Shown here: positions 1 through 9,324 of the stretch, piece after piece
Layout: the number at the start of each line of letters is the position of its first letter
Position numbering within the stretch: position 1 is the first letter of the stretch
Origin: Vicinamibacterales bacterium
Lineage (GTDB): Bacteria; Acidobacteriota; Vicinamibacteria; Vicinamibacterales; SCN-69-37
Length of the DNA stretch: 64,000 nt
NCBI GenBank assembly: GCA_035547155.1
Contig: DASZVJ010000034.1
Span: 5,895-69,894 of the forward strand
Direction of reading: 5' to 3'
Translations under genes and position numbers: made by a program
Notes under the pieces: generated by a model
The model's input: the letters and a program-made list of their open reading frames with translations, nothing else
Database searches by the model: none
Told to the model about the DNA's origin: nothing

Positions 1-162
1 AGGAAACGGCAGCGGCCGCAGCACCACCGCGTTCAAGATGCTGAACATCGCCGCGTTCGCGCCAATCGCCAGCGCGAGCACCGCGATCGACGTAACCGTG
101 AATGCCGGGCTGCGACGAAGCGTCCGCAGCGCGTATCGAAGCTCTTTGACGATGTCGGTCAT
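1..162 (-). CDS. MacB/FtsX-type (ADOP-like) permease, first 54 codons only; the gene runs off the window start
   Basis: My translation of the minus strand from ATG 162..160 gives [54 protein letters not shown]. This is the canonical N-terminus plus TM1 of MacB/FtsX-like permeases, and the same motif occurs in the other permeases here. GAGGA lies about 7 nt upstream. It is absent from the ORF track because it is short and open at the edge. Confidence 0.75.
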   Translation of the reverse strand, partial: MTDIVKELRYALRTLRRSPAFTVTSIAVLALAIGANAAMFSILNAVVLRPLPFP

Positions 163-330
163 GACAGGTCCTCACGGGCGGCGGCGACGTGCATATCCGC
201 CGTCTTGTCGCCGGCTTCGTCAGCCTACGCGCCTTTGACGTCGCCGACGCGACGATGGCCGCGTCGGAATCCCGACATGCGCGAGGGAAGCGATGTCGCC
301 CGCCCGACGACTCGAGCCGCCAGAACGCGC

Positions 331-345
331 AATTCGGCACGAATT
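331..345. promoter_or_regulatory. Palindrome AATTCG-GCA-CGAATT in the divergent intergenic region (operator candidate)
   Basis: Perfect 6-3-6 inverted repeat read directly from the sequence. It is AT-rich in a GC-rich intergenic region, about 62 nt upstream of the ATG at 407 and about 170 nt upstream of the divergent permease start at 162. Confidence 0.25.
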
Positions 346-406
346 CACGGGCCGTTGCCCTCATCAGATTGGATCATGGCTTGCTCCGCTCCACGCCAGC
401 CTCTTC

Positions 407-3268
407 ATGCCGACGACCTCGTCGCCTGCCGTCCTGATCGTATTTCCGTGGTGCGTCGATCGTCTCGGCCACGGCAACGTGCAGCGCGTGCTCGCGATGG
501 CGGGCCATCTGTCCCGACAGGGATTCGCCGTCGATCTCGTCTATCAGGGCAATCCGCGCGTGCCGAGCCGCGAGCACGAGATCACGGGCTTCCGCCGCGT
601 CGTGCGCGTGAGCGCATGGGAGAGCGCTGACGCGCTCCGCATCCACGACGAGTGGGAGGCGTTCTACCGGGGATACGATCCGCCGCCGCCCAATCTCAGC
701 GCCGGCACGGCCCTGACGTCCGTCGTACGTGGCCTGCTCGATACCGGCGAGTACGCGGCCGTCATCGCGACGTACGCCTGGACGGCGCCGATTTTCGCGC
801 GCGTGCCACCGCGTGTGCTCCGCGTCGTCGACCTGCAGGACGTCATCTCGCTGCACGCCGAGCGCGCTCACGCGGCGACGGGCACGATGCCCGCGTTTTC
901 GATGGCGGCCGAGACGGAGCGCTTCCTCTGGCGGCAATGGGACGTTCTGCTCGCCATCACGCCCGACGAAGCGCAGGCGATCGCACCGTTTCTGCGACCG
1001 TCGCAGCGGCTGCTGACCGTGCCGCATGCCGTGGCGATCGCTGGCGATGATGTGACGGTTGGTGCGACCGACACCGTCGTCTACACCGGCAGCGACAACC
1101 CCTCGAACCAGGCGGCGGTGTCGTGGCTGCTCACCGAGATCTGGCCGCGCGTGCTCGCCGCGCGTCCGCACGCCCATCTTCGTCTCGTCGGGCTCATCTG
1201 CGACGCGATCCGCCGGACGCCGCTCACCGCGACACCAAACGTCGATCTCGTGGGATTCGTCGATCGGCCGATGGACGAAGTCGCCAAGGCGTCCGTCTGC
1301 GTCGCGCCGTATTTGTACGGATCCGGCCTCAAGATCAAAGTCATCGAGGCCGCGGGCGTGGGACGCGCCATCGTCACGACTCCTGCGGGCGCCGACGGCA
1401 CGGGTTTCGTCGACGGCGCGCATGCGTTGATCGCACCGGATTCGGCGACGTTCTCGTCGGCGATCGTGCGGCTGCTCGGCGACGAGGCGCTTCGAGGTCG
1501 AGTGGCGGCGGCCGCGCGCGATCACGCACGACGGCACTTCTCCGACGAGGCGTGCTACGGCGCGCTTGTCGATCTGCTGCGCGCGCCGGACTCGCCGGTC
1601 GCGGCGACCGGCATCATTCCGCGCGCGATCGAGCAGCGCCTTCGGACCGTGCTCGCTGCGCTCGACTCACCTGCGGCCGTCGTCTGGGGCAATGGATCCC
1701 ACACACGCGCCTTGCTCCCCGTGCTGAGCGCGCTCGGCGCGCGTGTGCGCTGCATCGTCGACAAGAGCGCCGCGATCGACGGCATGAGCCCGGAGGGGAT
1801 TGCGATCGTCCCGGCCGAAGCGTTCGCGCCGCGGCCGGACGATCTCATCGTCCTGTCGTCACAAGCGTACGAATGGGACATGTGGGAGGACCTCGCGCCG
1901 ATCCGCGCCACCGGCGCGCACGCGCTCGCGCTGTATTGCCGCGAGCTGATCACGGATGGGCTTGCCCGGATCGCGCGCGGCGGGACGCAGCGGCGGTCAT
2001 CGTCGCGTCCGGCGACGTTGCCGGTCGCGCCGACGCGCCTCGTCATCGTCGAGCCCAGCGCCGGCCGCGGCAACGGCCCGTTCCTTCGTCTGGCGCGATC
2101 GCTGTCCGAGGTCTCGCATGAAACGCTGCGCGTCGTGGTCGCGGGCGCGAGGCGCATCTCGCCGGATGGCCTCGAGTCGACGGATCGCGAGCTGTTGGAG
2201 CCGGCCTTCGACTTCACGTATCTGGACGCGCTGCGCGAGATCCGCGAAGACACGTGGCGCGGCGTCGCGCGCTTCTCGCGCCTGCAGGCGCTGGATCTGG
2301 CGCGCCTGTCCGATCGCCTGACGCTCACCAGCGCCGACGTGGTCCTGTTTCACTCGACGACGCTCCTCGACGCCTTTGGCGCGGCGCAGTGGATGACGAC
2401 GGGCCCCGATCGGGACGTGCCGGAGATCCGCTTCCTCTTCCACGTCGCATTGGAACAAGAGGCGCGCTGGCTGAACGCGTCGGCTGACGCGGTACGGCAC
2501 GCGTACGCCGTCGCGCTCGCGCTGCTCGACGACCGCGCGGACGGCCGCGTGCGACTGCTGGCACAGAACGACGCGCTCGCGAAAAGGCTCGAGCGCGCGT
2601 TCGACCGTCCCGTCGACGTGATGGGATTTCCCGTGCCGAGCCGCCCGCGTGCCGTGAACCGCCTCACGCCGGCGCAGCCGCCGCGACTGCTCTACGCCGG
2701 CGAAGCACGCGCGGAGAAAGGCTTTGGCCTGCTGCCGGCGATGGCCGACGCTCTCGATCGCGAGCTACGCGACGGCCATCTGCGGATCGTCTGCCAGTCC
2801 ATGCGCGGCGACATCGCGGACGCGCGCGTCGAGGCCGCAGCTCGTGCGCTCGCGGCGCGGCCTGGCGTCGAGCTCATCGAACGCTTTCTGCCGTCCAACG
2901 AGTACGATGCGCTCGTCGCCGGCTGCGATCTCGTCCTGTTGCCGTACGACGCCGCAGAGTACCGCGCGCGACTTTCGGCCGTGTTCGTCGACGCAACGTG
3001 CATAGGCGTGCCGGTCATCGTGCCCGACGGGACGTGGATGAGCGGGCAGATCGCGGAAGGCGCCGGTGCCGGATGGACGTTCGCGTCGCTCGACGCGACG
3101 CGGATCGCGGACGTCATCCGCGGCGCGCTCACGTCGCTGCCCTCGATGAGGGACGCAGCTCGTCGCGCGTCCGATCGCGCGTGGCAGCAACACGATCCGC
3201 GCGTGGTGCTCGAGACGATTCTGCGATCGCAGGACGCGCCCCCCGCGAGAGAGAGCAAGTCTGCGTAG
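407..3268 (+). CDS. Multi-module glycosyltransferase: GT-B (GT4-like) module, Rossmann-like module, second GT-B module (953 aa)
   Basis: Track ORF 293..3268, trimmed to ATG 407 (MPTTSSPAVLIVFPW). The first module ends with the GT1/GT4 signature VAPYLYGSGLKIKVIEAAGVGRAIVTTPAGADG. The middle module reads VVWGNGSHTRALLPVLSALGARVRCIVDKS...GIAIVP. The C-terminal module contains LLYAGEARAEKGFGLLP and CDLVLLPYDAAEYRARLSAVFVDATCIGVPVIVPDG. The start choice is uncertain. Confidence 0.75.
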   Translation: MPTTSSPAVLIVFPWCVDRLGHGNVQRVLAMAGHLSRQGFAVDLVYQGNPRVPSREHEITGFRRVVRVSAWESADALRIHDEWEAFYRGYDPPPPNLSAGTALTSVVRGLLDTGEYAAVIATYAWTAPIFARVPPRVLRVVDLQDVISLHAERAHAATGTMPAFSMAAETERFLWRQWDVLLAITPDEAQAIAPFLRPSQRLLTVPHAVAIAGDDVTVGATDTVVYTGSDNPSNQAAVSWLLTEIWPRVLAARPHAHLRLVGLICDAIRRTPLTATPNVDLVGFVDRPMDEVAKASVCVAPYLYGSGLKIKVIEAAGVGRAIVTTPAGADGTGFVDGAHALIAPDSATFSSAIVRLLGDEALRGRVAAAARDHARRHFSDEACYGALVDLLRAPDSPVAATGIIPRAIEQRLRTVLAALDSPAAVVWGNGSHTRALLPVLSALGARVRCIVDKSAAIDGMSPEGIAIVPAEAFAPRPDDLIVLSSQAYEWDMWEDLAPIRATGAHALALYCRELITDGLARIARGGTQRRSSSRPATLPVAPTRLVIVEPSAGRGNGPFLRLARSLSEVSHETLRVVVAGARRISPDGLESTDRELLEPAFDFTYLDALREIREDTWRGVARFSRLQALDLARLSDRLTLTSADVVLFHSTTLLDAFGAAQWMTTGPDRDVPEIRFLFHVALEQEARWLNASADAVRHAYAVALALLDDRADGRVRLLAQNDALAKRLERAFDRPVDVMGFPVPSRPRAVNRLTPAQPPRLLYAGEARAEKGFGLLPAMADALDRELRDGHLRIVCQSMRGDIADARVEAAARALAARPGVELIERFLPSNEYDALVAGCDLVLLPYDAAEYRARLSAVFVDATCIGVPVIVPDGTWMSGQIAEGAGAGWTFASLDATRIADVIRGALTSLPSMRDAARRASDRAWQQHDPRVVLETILRSQDAPPARESKSA

Positions 3269-3316
3269 GGGCCGCCTCGACGGCGTAGCCCGTCGCCCGC
3301 AGCCCGAAGCCCGTAA

Positions 3317-4927
3317 CTACGCTGTCTGTGGCAGGACCGGCAGACGCGCGCGTCCGAGCGTGCGGCGGATCAGATCGGCCACGCCGTCCGTGCTCTTCTC
3401 GATGCAGTAGATGCGGTCGAAGATGTAGAAGAACTTCGCGACGGTCGACGGCGCCGCGCGCCGGCCATCCGGGGTCAACGCCGTCTGGAGCGCGGCGCCA
3501 ATCTGATCGAGATGGTGCACGTCGTGCGTGAAGCCGAGGCCGCCGTAGTACGCGTCGCCGAGGACGACCGTCTCCTTCCCCATCATCAGCGCCTCGAGCC
3601 CCGCCTGCGAGCACACCGTGACGCAGACGTCGCTCTGCCGGATCAGCCCGTACGTGTCGAACCGGTTGTCGTGATCGATCACGCAGCGATCCGATTTCGA
3701 CGCGAGCTCCCAGAACGATCGATCCTCCCGCAGCGCGTCGATCGTGAGGCCTTCGTACGAGAACTCCGCGGGCGGAAAACGCCGGCGCATCATCGGGCTG
3801 CCAGGGCGCTCGCGCGGGTGAATCTTCAGGACGAACGTGCAGCCGTTGGCGAGCGCCCACCGTGCAGTGGTCTTGATGGCTTCGACCTGCGATCCGACGC
3901 GCGAGTTGAAGAGAATCGACGAGTCCGTGAGCACGTTGGCCAGATAGAGCACCGTCCGTCCCGGCGTCGTCGAGCCCGGCCACTGCGTTTGCGGGGATCG
4001 ATGATCGTCGCGCTTGCCCTCCTTGACCGACGACAGATAGGCGCGCACGTGCGCGGCGGCGTCATCCGCGTCCACCAGATCGGCCCAGCGCCAGTAGTAG
4101 TTGCGCGCGGGAATCTTGTTGACGGCGATGCCCGCGAGGTCGTCCCAGACCATGCGCGCGCTGTTGAAGCTGTTCTCGAGCGCAAGCACGCGAATCCCTC
4201 GAAGCACCGCGAGATAGCGATACACCGCGCCCAGCGTGATGTGGCCCTGCGGAATGACGATGGCATCGGGCCGCACGCGATCGAGCGCGCGGCTCACGAC
4301 CTTGGCGGCCGCGGCGGCGCAGCGCATGTGCTCCTCGATCGATTGCCAGTGCTGCGCATTTTCCAGATCGAGCCGATCCGGCGTCACGCGCAGCGTCACG
4401 CACGTGTCGAACACGCTCGCGTCGTACAGCGGCACGCCGCAGTACCGGATAGTCCGGTAGTTCTCGCGATCGATTGCGACCGAAACGGGCGGCCGCGTGT
4501 GCGCGACACGTGCGGACACATAGCGAATACCCGCCTCCTCGCACGATTGCCGCAGCCGCGCGTAGTCGACGCCGAACCAGTAGTCCTCGAGTTGCATCAC
4601 GACGGCCTGAGACGCGCTCGGAGGCTGCCGTCTGAGGATCGACACCGCGTGGCCCGCCCACGCGAACTCTTCTTCGTTGACCAGGCCGAGGCTCTCCAGC
4701 TGCGCGCAGATCTCGTCGTGCGCGCTGCTGGCGATGGCGACGAACAAGCCGCGGGACAGCTCGGCCTCGAGGGCCTGCGGATTCCGCACCGGCAGGCCTT
4801 CGACGATGCGTCCCCACTTCCCGGGATCGTTGTCGACGATGTACGACACCGGCAGATCGGCCGGCCAGTCGCGAAGCGCCAGCCGGCCGCCTTCGGAGGC
4901 GCCGAAGATGACGATGGTCGGTGTCAT
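3317..4927 (-). CDS. KpsC/KpsS-like capsule polysaccharide biosynthesis (Capsule_synth) protein with an N-terminal PglD_N/NeuD-like Rossmann module
   Basis: Track ORF 3317..5131, trimmed to ATG 4927 (MTPTIVIFGASEGG), which overlaps the upstream stop as ATGA (4924..4927). Capsule_synth-like motifs: VLYLANVLTDSSILF, FVLKIHPRE, CSQAGLEALMMGKETVVLGDAYYGGLGFTHD. The N-terminal ~90 aa (IVIFGASEGGRLAL...YIVDNDPGKWGRIVEGLPV) look like the NeuD/PglD N-terminal module. Confidence 0.7.
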   Translation of the reverse strand: MTPTIVIFGASEGGRLALRDWPADLPVSYIVDNDPGKWGRIVEGLPVRNPQALEAELSRGLFVAIASSAHDEICAQLESLGLVNEEEFAWAGHAVSILRRQPPSASQAVVMQLEDYWFGVDYARLRQSCEEAGIRYVSARVAHTRPPVSVAIDRENYRTIRYCGVPLYDASVFDTCVTLRVTPDRLDLENAQHWQSIEEHMRCAAAAAKVVSRALDRVRPDAIVIPQGHITLGAVYRYLAVLRGIRVLALENSFNSARMVWDDLAGIAVNKIPARNYYWRWADLVDADDAAAHVRAYLSSVKEGKRDDHRSPQTQWPGSTTPGRTVLYLANVLTDSSILFNSRVGSQVEAIKTTARWALANGCTFVLKIHPRERPGSPMMRRRFPPAEFSYEGLTIDALREDRSFWELASKSDRCVIDHDNRFDTYGLIRQSDVCVTVCSQAGLEALMMGKETVVLGDAYYGGLGFTHDVHHLDQIGAALQTALTPDGRRAAPSTVAKFFYIFDRIYCIEKSTDGVADLIRRTLGRARLPVLPQTA

Positions 4928-5952
4928 GAGACGCGCGCGTAATCCGCGCGTGCAGGCGCCGTGAGACGTGACGGCCGATGGCGCTGCACGAGCGCAGCCA
5001 CTTCCGCGACGCCATGACTCGTCCGAAGCACGGTTTGCGCGCGCAGCGCCCGCGCTTCGCGCTCGGCGGGTGTCGCGGCACGGACGGCGCGCAGTGCCGC
5101 CGCCACTTGATCGGCCGACGAATAGGCGCAACGCTGGCCGTCCGCATAATACGAGGGATCGCTGCAGAAGACTTGCGGCACCATCTCGTGCGCGATCGGC
5201 CAGCTATCGGCGGCCCGCACGAGGTCGCAGTGTCCACCCCACGCGTTGGCGACGACAGGCAGTCCGGCAAGCACCGCTTCGGCGACGGGCAGTCCGAGAC
5301 CTTCGCCGAGACTGGCCGTGACGTATGCGTCGTGACGCCGGTACAGCGACAAGAGATCGCTGCGATCCAGATGATCGGCGATGAGCACGATGTCCGTGCG
5401 CGGCGGCCGCCACGTACACGACGGCGAGACCTTCAGCGTCAGCATCGCGTCGCCGCTCGCGGGAAACGCGCGCATGAAGCCGTCGATCAGCAGATGGAAG
5501 CCCTTGCGAAAATGGGCCTCGCCGATCGACAGCAACCGGAACGGCGGCGGCGCCGTCCACGAGGTCTTCGGCGGCATCCGCCGCGCGGCGACGGGCGGCG
5601 GCACGAAGTCGATCGGCGCCGTGACACCGGACGCGCGGAGCGTCGACGCGACGTGCGTCGACGGCGCCCAGACCGACTGGAACGTGTTGAGCGCGGCGAC
5701 CCACGGCGCGGGATATCGATCCCACTCGTGGAACACGACCGCCGTGTTCAGCGCGTCAGGAACGGGCCGCAGCAGCGGACCGATGGTGTGGTGCACGACC
5801 CACGCGCCCGGCAACGGACTGCGATCGGCGGCCGCGTACGGCATGTCGAGCACGCCGATGCCGGCCTCCGTAAACGCCTCGCGATAGAGCTCCGCCGCCT
5901 CGACGTAGCTCGGCCGATCCCGATCGACGAGAAAGATTGCCTGCCGGTCCAT
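4924..5952 (-). CDS. Glycosyltransferase family 1/4 (GT-B)
   Basis: Track ORF 4924..5985, trimmed to ATG 5952 (MDRQAIFLVDRD). Motifs: LLSIGEAHFRKGFHLLIDGF and YVTASLGEGLGLPVAEAVLAGLPVVANAWGGHCDLV (GT4 E-x7-E-type region). Confidence 0.8.
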   Translation of the reverse strand: MDRQAIFLVDRDRPSYVEAAELYREAFTEAGIGVLDMPYAAADRSPLPGAWVVHHTIGPLLRPVPDALNTAVVFHEWDRYPAPWVAALNTFQSVWAPSTHVASTLRASGVTAPIDFVPPPVAARRMPPKTSWTAPPPFRLLSIGEAHFRKGFHLLIDGFMRAFPASGDAMLTLKVSPSCTWRPPRTDIVLIADHLDRSDLLSLYRRHDAYVTASLGEGLGLPVAEAVLAGLPVVANAWGGHCDLVRAADSWPIAHEMVPQVFCSDPSYYADGQRCAYSSADQVAAALRAVRAATPAEREARALRAQTVLRTSHGVAEVAALVQRHRPSRLTAPARADYARVS

Positions 5953-6120
5953 ACGGAGCCTGCGGCAGTGCAAGGCACGGACCACCCGCCGCGTGGGCGT
6001 CGCCGCGCGCAGAATAGCGAGAGATCGGGGCGATTGACGACGAGAGGGACGTGAACGTGGGCGCCCGACCGACAGGATGTCGGTGAGCCGACAATCGAAT
6101 CCTTTCGGAGCGGCGGACCG

Positions 6121-9100
6121 TTAGGTCCGCCCGCTGCGGCCGCGGTCCTCCGAAAAGCGATTTAGCTGGTCAACGAAGTGCTCGAAGATCAGGACCTGAT
6201 CGTCGACGGTGCCGACGACGAGCGAACGGCCGGCCCAGACCGCGCGAAACGGATAGTAGGCCGTGAGAAACAACGTCGTACCGCCTGCGCCTTCGAGCGT
6301 GACGAGGTCCGCCTCGGGATATGTCGTCGCGATCCAGCCCGGTCCCGTGGACCGAGAGCCAGACGCACCGTATGGGCCGAGCGCGCGCGGCTCGAGACCG
6401 CGCGCCGGATGCCAGAGCCATCCTTCCGTCAGCAGACGCCGTTCGTACGACGTGCTCGTCGGGCGTGTCGACGGATCGAGCAAGAGTCCCGCCTCGCTTG
6501 GGCGCAGATCGAAGCACGTGAGATCGGCCGTGAGCTCGACGCGTGCGTCGCCCGGCGCCCACGATGCGAGCCCGCGATCGGGACGCACGTCGGCCGGCAG
6601 AAATCCCCAATACACGCGATCGTTCCACCACGCGCCCCACGACGGATTGAACGGGAGATCCTCGATCGTGGGCTCGCCATGCGCGGATCGCCGGTACATC
6701 ACGTACGGCGCACCGGCAGGCGTGATGGCGCGTCCGTTCGCCCACGCGACGGCGCCATCATCCCCGAACGGCAGCTCGGAGAGAATCGGCCGCGGCCACC
6801 GACGATGCGGCGTGATGCGTCCGTCCTCGTCGACGACGACGCTCTCGGTGCCGTTCATGGGCACGCAGATCACACCGCGATCGATCGCGTAGGCGACCGT
6901 CCATCGGCGATAGCGATCGGTGAACAGCACGCGAGGACGCGCGACAATCGCCGGCGGCACGATCGATCGCGGCGCGCCCGATCGATGGACGATCGACGCA
7001 CGGATCGTCGGTGAGGCGATGGCCGGCAGATCGACGCGATCGTCAGCATGCGCACGCACGACGCCAGTCATGACGCGCCCGAGCGCCGACTCCGCGATCG
7101 GCAACGACACATCGAAGGCCGTCGTTGTTCCGCCAAGCTCGACACGGAACGAGACGTCGATGCCGTCCGTCGCGCGACGGGTCTCCATCGCCGCGCGCGA
7201 CGCCGCCTCGAGGCCGAGCAGGCGCTCGAGTGGATCGCGGATCGCATCGTCTGCCTCGAGGCGCGACCAGCATTCGAGCCATTCACGGATCAGCGACACG
7301 CCGGCATACGGCGTACGTGGCCGCGATGCCGCGTCGACAAATGCGTCGCCGGCCGCCTCTCGGCGATCGCCGTCATCGCGCGGCTGCACCGTACGCGCGA
7401 AAAACGCCGTCTCCACGCCATCTGCACGATCGCGCCAGGCGCGCGCGAGCAATGCCTCGATGATCGCGACCCGCCAGCGCAGCGTCTCGGGCCAGTCATA
7501 CACCGCCGTCGCCGGATCGGCCGCCTTGGTCTTGCGCACGACCGGTCTGTCACCGATGAGGGCCAGCTCCTCGCGCACGTGCGAAAGCAACGCCGCGGCT
7601 TCGCGCAGCCATCGCTCGCGGTCGGCCATCGCCGGTTCGATCTCATCAGGACCGGCACCGGACACTGGCGCTGGCATGCCGTTCATCGCGGCGCGCAGAC
7701 GCGCCAGCGATTCAGGAAGCTGACTCACGATCTCCATCGAGCACGCGGACGACGTCGTCGAAGACGACATTGCGTCGGCCGAATCGCCGGGCAGCTTGGA
7801 GCGGCCGTCCAATTCACGCAGCGCGTCGTCGATCGCGGCGCTCAGCACAGCCGGATCGAATCCGTCACCGCTGAACTCTGCCCATCGCGCCAGCAGCGGC
7901 GTCGACGTGCCAGCGGACATCGCGTCACGGGTCCCGCGCAAGGACGTCGCGAGATCGGGCACCCGCGCATGCACGCGCGGGCGGGCACACGCGGCGATGG
8001 CCGGCACGTCGATCGCGCGCGTCAGCGCCGTCTCGACCGATCCCTGCTCGATGCCGCTGCCCACGAGAATGCCGCCACCCGTCGCGTTGATCACCCGCCG
8101 GCCTGATCGCTGCACGCGCGCGACGAGCCAGTCCCTGAACGACACGAGCGCGGGCGTGGTCTCGACGTCCCGGCCGTCCACGTCTTTCGCCGTCACGCGC
8201 GGCGCCGCAGAAATCTGCCGCTGCCAGACGTCCTCGAGCCGGACGGCGCGCGCCGTGTCCAGCGCCCAGTCGAGCTCGTACGTCGTCCCGCGCGCATACG
8301 GCCGTCCGCCGGGAAACGACAGATCGGCGCCGACGATGACGATGGGATCGCAGCCGGCAAGGACGGCGACCTGAAACGCCGCCGTGAGCACGGAGCCCCA
8401 GACGTCGATTTGTCCGACGTCGATGCCGAGCGCGTTGAGCCACGGCCACGGCTCGTGATTCGACACGCGATACCAGAACGTCCGCTCCTCGAACACACGT
8501 GTGGCTCGACGATCAATCGCCGACTCGCTCACGAGCCACGTGCTCGCGCACGCGGGCAGCGACAGAAAATGGCGCGCGTTCAGCTCGCTTGGGTCGACGC
8601 CGACCACGAGCGGCGGCGCGATGCCGCTCGCGAGCAGCGGCCGCAGCGCCGTGTCGCACGCGATGAGCAGCGCGCGTCGATCGACGTCGCGCAACCGCGG
8701 CAGCGCGCGATCCAGCGACGGACCGGCCGCCGCGATCACCGCGGGTACGCCGCGATAGACATCCGTCAGATCGCGCATGTCGCAGCCGCGCGCGATCGAC
8801 GGGACATTGCGAATCGCGTTGGCGAGATACCGTGGCGCAAACTTCCGGCGTGCTTCGCGATTGCTCGCGACGCCGAGCAGGATCTTCTTGAGAACCTGGG
8901 CGGCCTGCTTCGCGGCCGGCGTCGGCTTCAGCTGCGGATGCAGCAGCACCGGTGGCGATCCGGACGTGCTCGGAAAAATGCGCCAGGCTTCGTCGGCGCC
9001 GGAGTAATCCGGACCGGCGAGATACGCGAGGCGCTCGCCTTGGCGCCAGGCTGACCACGTGGCCGACGCGAGGAATATCTGCGCCGCAGCCGGATCCGGC

Positions 9101-9270
9101 TCGAGCACGAGCACGTGCGTGTCCGGCGCGTGGCGGGCCAGGGCGTCGAGCACGTCGCCGTCACCGCCGCCGACCAGCACGATGACGGCGGGCACGGCCG
9201 CGCCCTTGAGCTGGGCCGTGAGCCATCGCCACGCGGCGGTGATTCGTTCTTCGTCGTTTCGAGCGGTCAC
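6121..9270 (-). CDS. Giant DUF115/MptE-like (motility-accessory-factor, Maf-like) putative glycosyltransferase with a long uncharacterised C-terminal region (1049 aa)
   Basis: GTG start at 9270. There is an N-terminal Rossmann-like VLVGGGDGDVLDAL. The core reads PAVIAAAGPSLDRALPRL...RALLIACDTALRPLLASGIAPPLVVGVDPSE...GCDPIVIVGADLSF, typical of the DUF115/MptE-like fold found in Maf proteins. I recognise no motif in the last ~550 aa. Confidence 0.65.
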   Translation of the reverse strand: MTARNDEERITAAWRWLTAQLKGAAVPAVIVLVGGGDGDVLDALARHAPDTHVLVLEPDPAAAQIFLASATWSAWRQGERLAYLAGPDYSGADEAWRIFPSTSGSPPVLLHPQLKPTPAAKQAAQVLKKILLGVASNREARRKFAPRYLANAIRNVPSIARGCDMRDLTDVYRGVPAVIAAAGPSLDRALPRLRDVDRRALLIACDTALRPLLASGIAPPLVVGVDPSELNARHFLSLPACASTWLVSESAIDRRATRVFEERTFWYRVSNHEPWPWLNALGIDVGQIDVWGSVLTAAFQVAVLAGCDPIVIVGADLSFPGGRPYARGTTYELDWALDTARAVRLEDVWQRQISAAPRVTAKDVDGRDVETTPALVSFRDWLVARVQRSGRRVINATGGGILVGSGIEQGSVETALTRAIDVPAIAACARPRVHARVPDLATSLRGTRDAMSAGTSTPLLARWAEFSGDGFDPAVLSAAIDDALRELDGRSKLPGDSADAMSSSTTSSACSMEIVSQLPESLARLRAAMNGMPAPVSGAGPDEIEPAMADRERWLREAAALLSHVREELALIGDRPVVRKTKAADPATAVYDWPETLRWRVAIIEALLARAWRDRADGVETAFFARTVQPRDDGDRREAAGDAFVDAASRPRTPYAGVSLIREWLECWSRLEADDAIRDPLERLLGLEAASRAAMETRRATDGIDVSFRVELGGTTTAFDVSLPIAESALGRVMTGVVRAHADDRVDLPAIASPTIRASIVHRSGAPRSIVPPAIVARPRVLFTDRYRRWTVAYAIDRGVICVPMNGTESVVVDEDGRITPHRRWPRPILSELPFGDDGAVAWANGRAITPAGAPYVMYRRSAHGEPTIEDLPFNPSWGAWWNDRVYWGFLPADVRPDRGLASWAPGDARVELTADLTCFDLRPSEAGLLLDPSTRPTSTSYERRLLTEGWLWHPARGLEPRALGPYGASGSRSTGPGWIATTYPEADLVTLEGAGGTTLFLTAYYPFRAVWAGRSLVVGTVDDQVLIFEHFVDQLNRFSEDRGRSGRT

Positions 9271-9324
9271 GAGATGGTGAATCCGTGTCGCGTGCGTGTG
9301 GCGCCCATGCGTCGTGCAACGGAT

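Noticed and set aside
340-349. The shared 10-mer CGAATTCACG at 340..349 and 51704..51713, as evidence for a common regulon.
   Set aside because: It is kept only as a low-interest note. A single shared 10-mer in 128 kb of two-strand sequence has a non-negligible chance expectation (of order 0.1 under uniform composition), and I cannot compute composition-corrected statistics here.
3317-5131. N-terminal extensions in the track ORFs, for example 3317..5131, 15564..16388, 25825..26898, 30656..31387, 32210..33940, 34385..35656, 36902..38392, 44612..45367, 57883..59334.
   Set aside because: The extended parts are Arg/Ala-rich, overlap upstream genes and lack family similarity. The internal starts coincide with SD motifs, signal peptides, ATGA/TGATG stop-start overlaps or the canonical family N-terminus, so the genes were trimmed.
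6066-6084. A small hairpin ACCGAC-aggat-GTCGGT in the 168-nt gap between the Maf-like gene and the GT4 gene, as an internal terminator.
   Set aside because: The stem is only 6 bp and there is no U-tract. Such short complementary pairs are frequent in GC-rich DNA, so there is not enough evidence for a terminator or attenuator.
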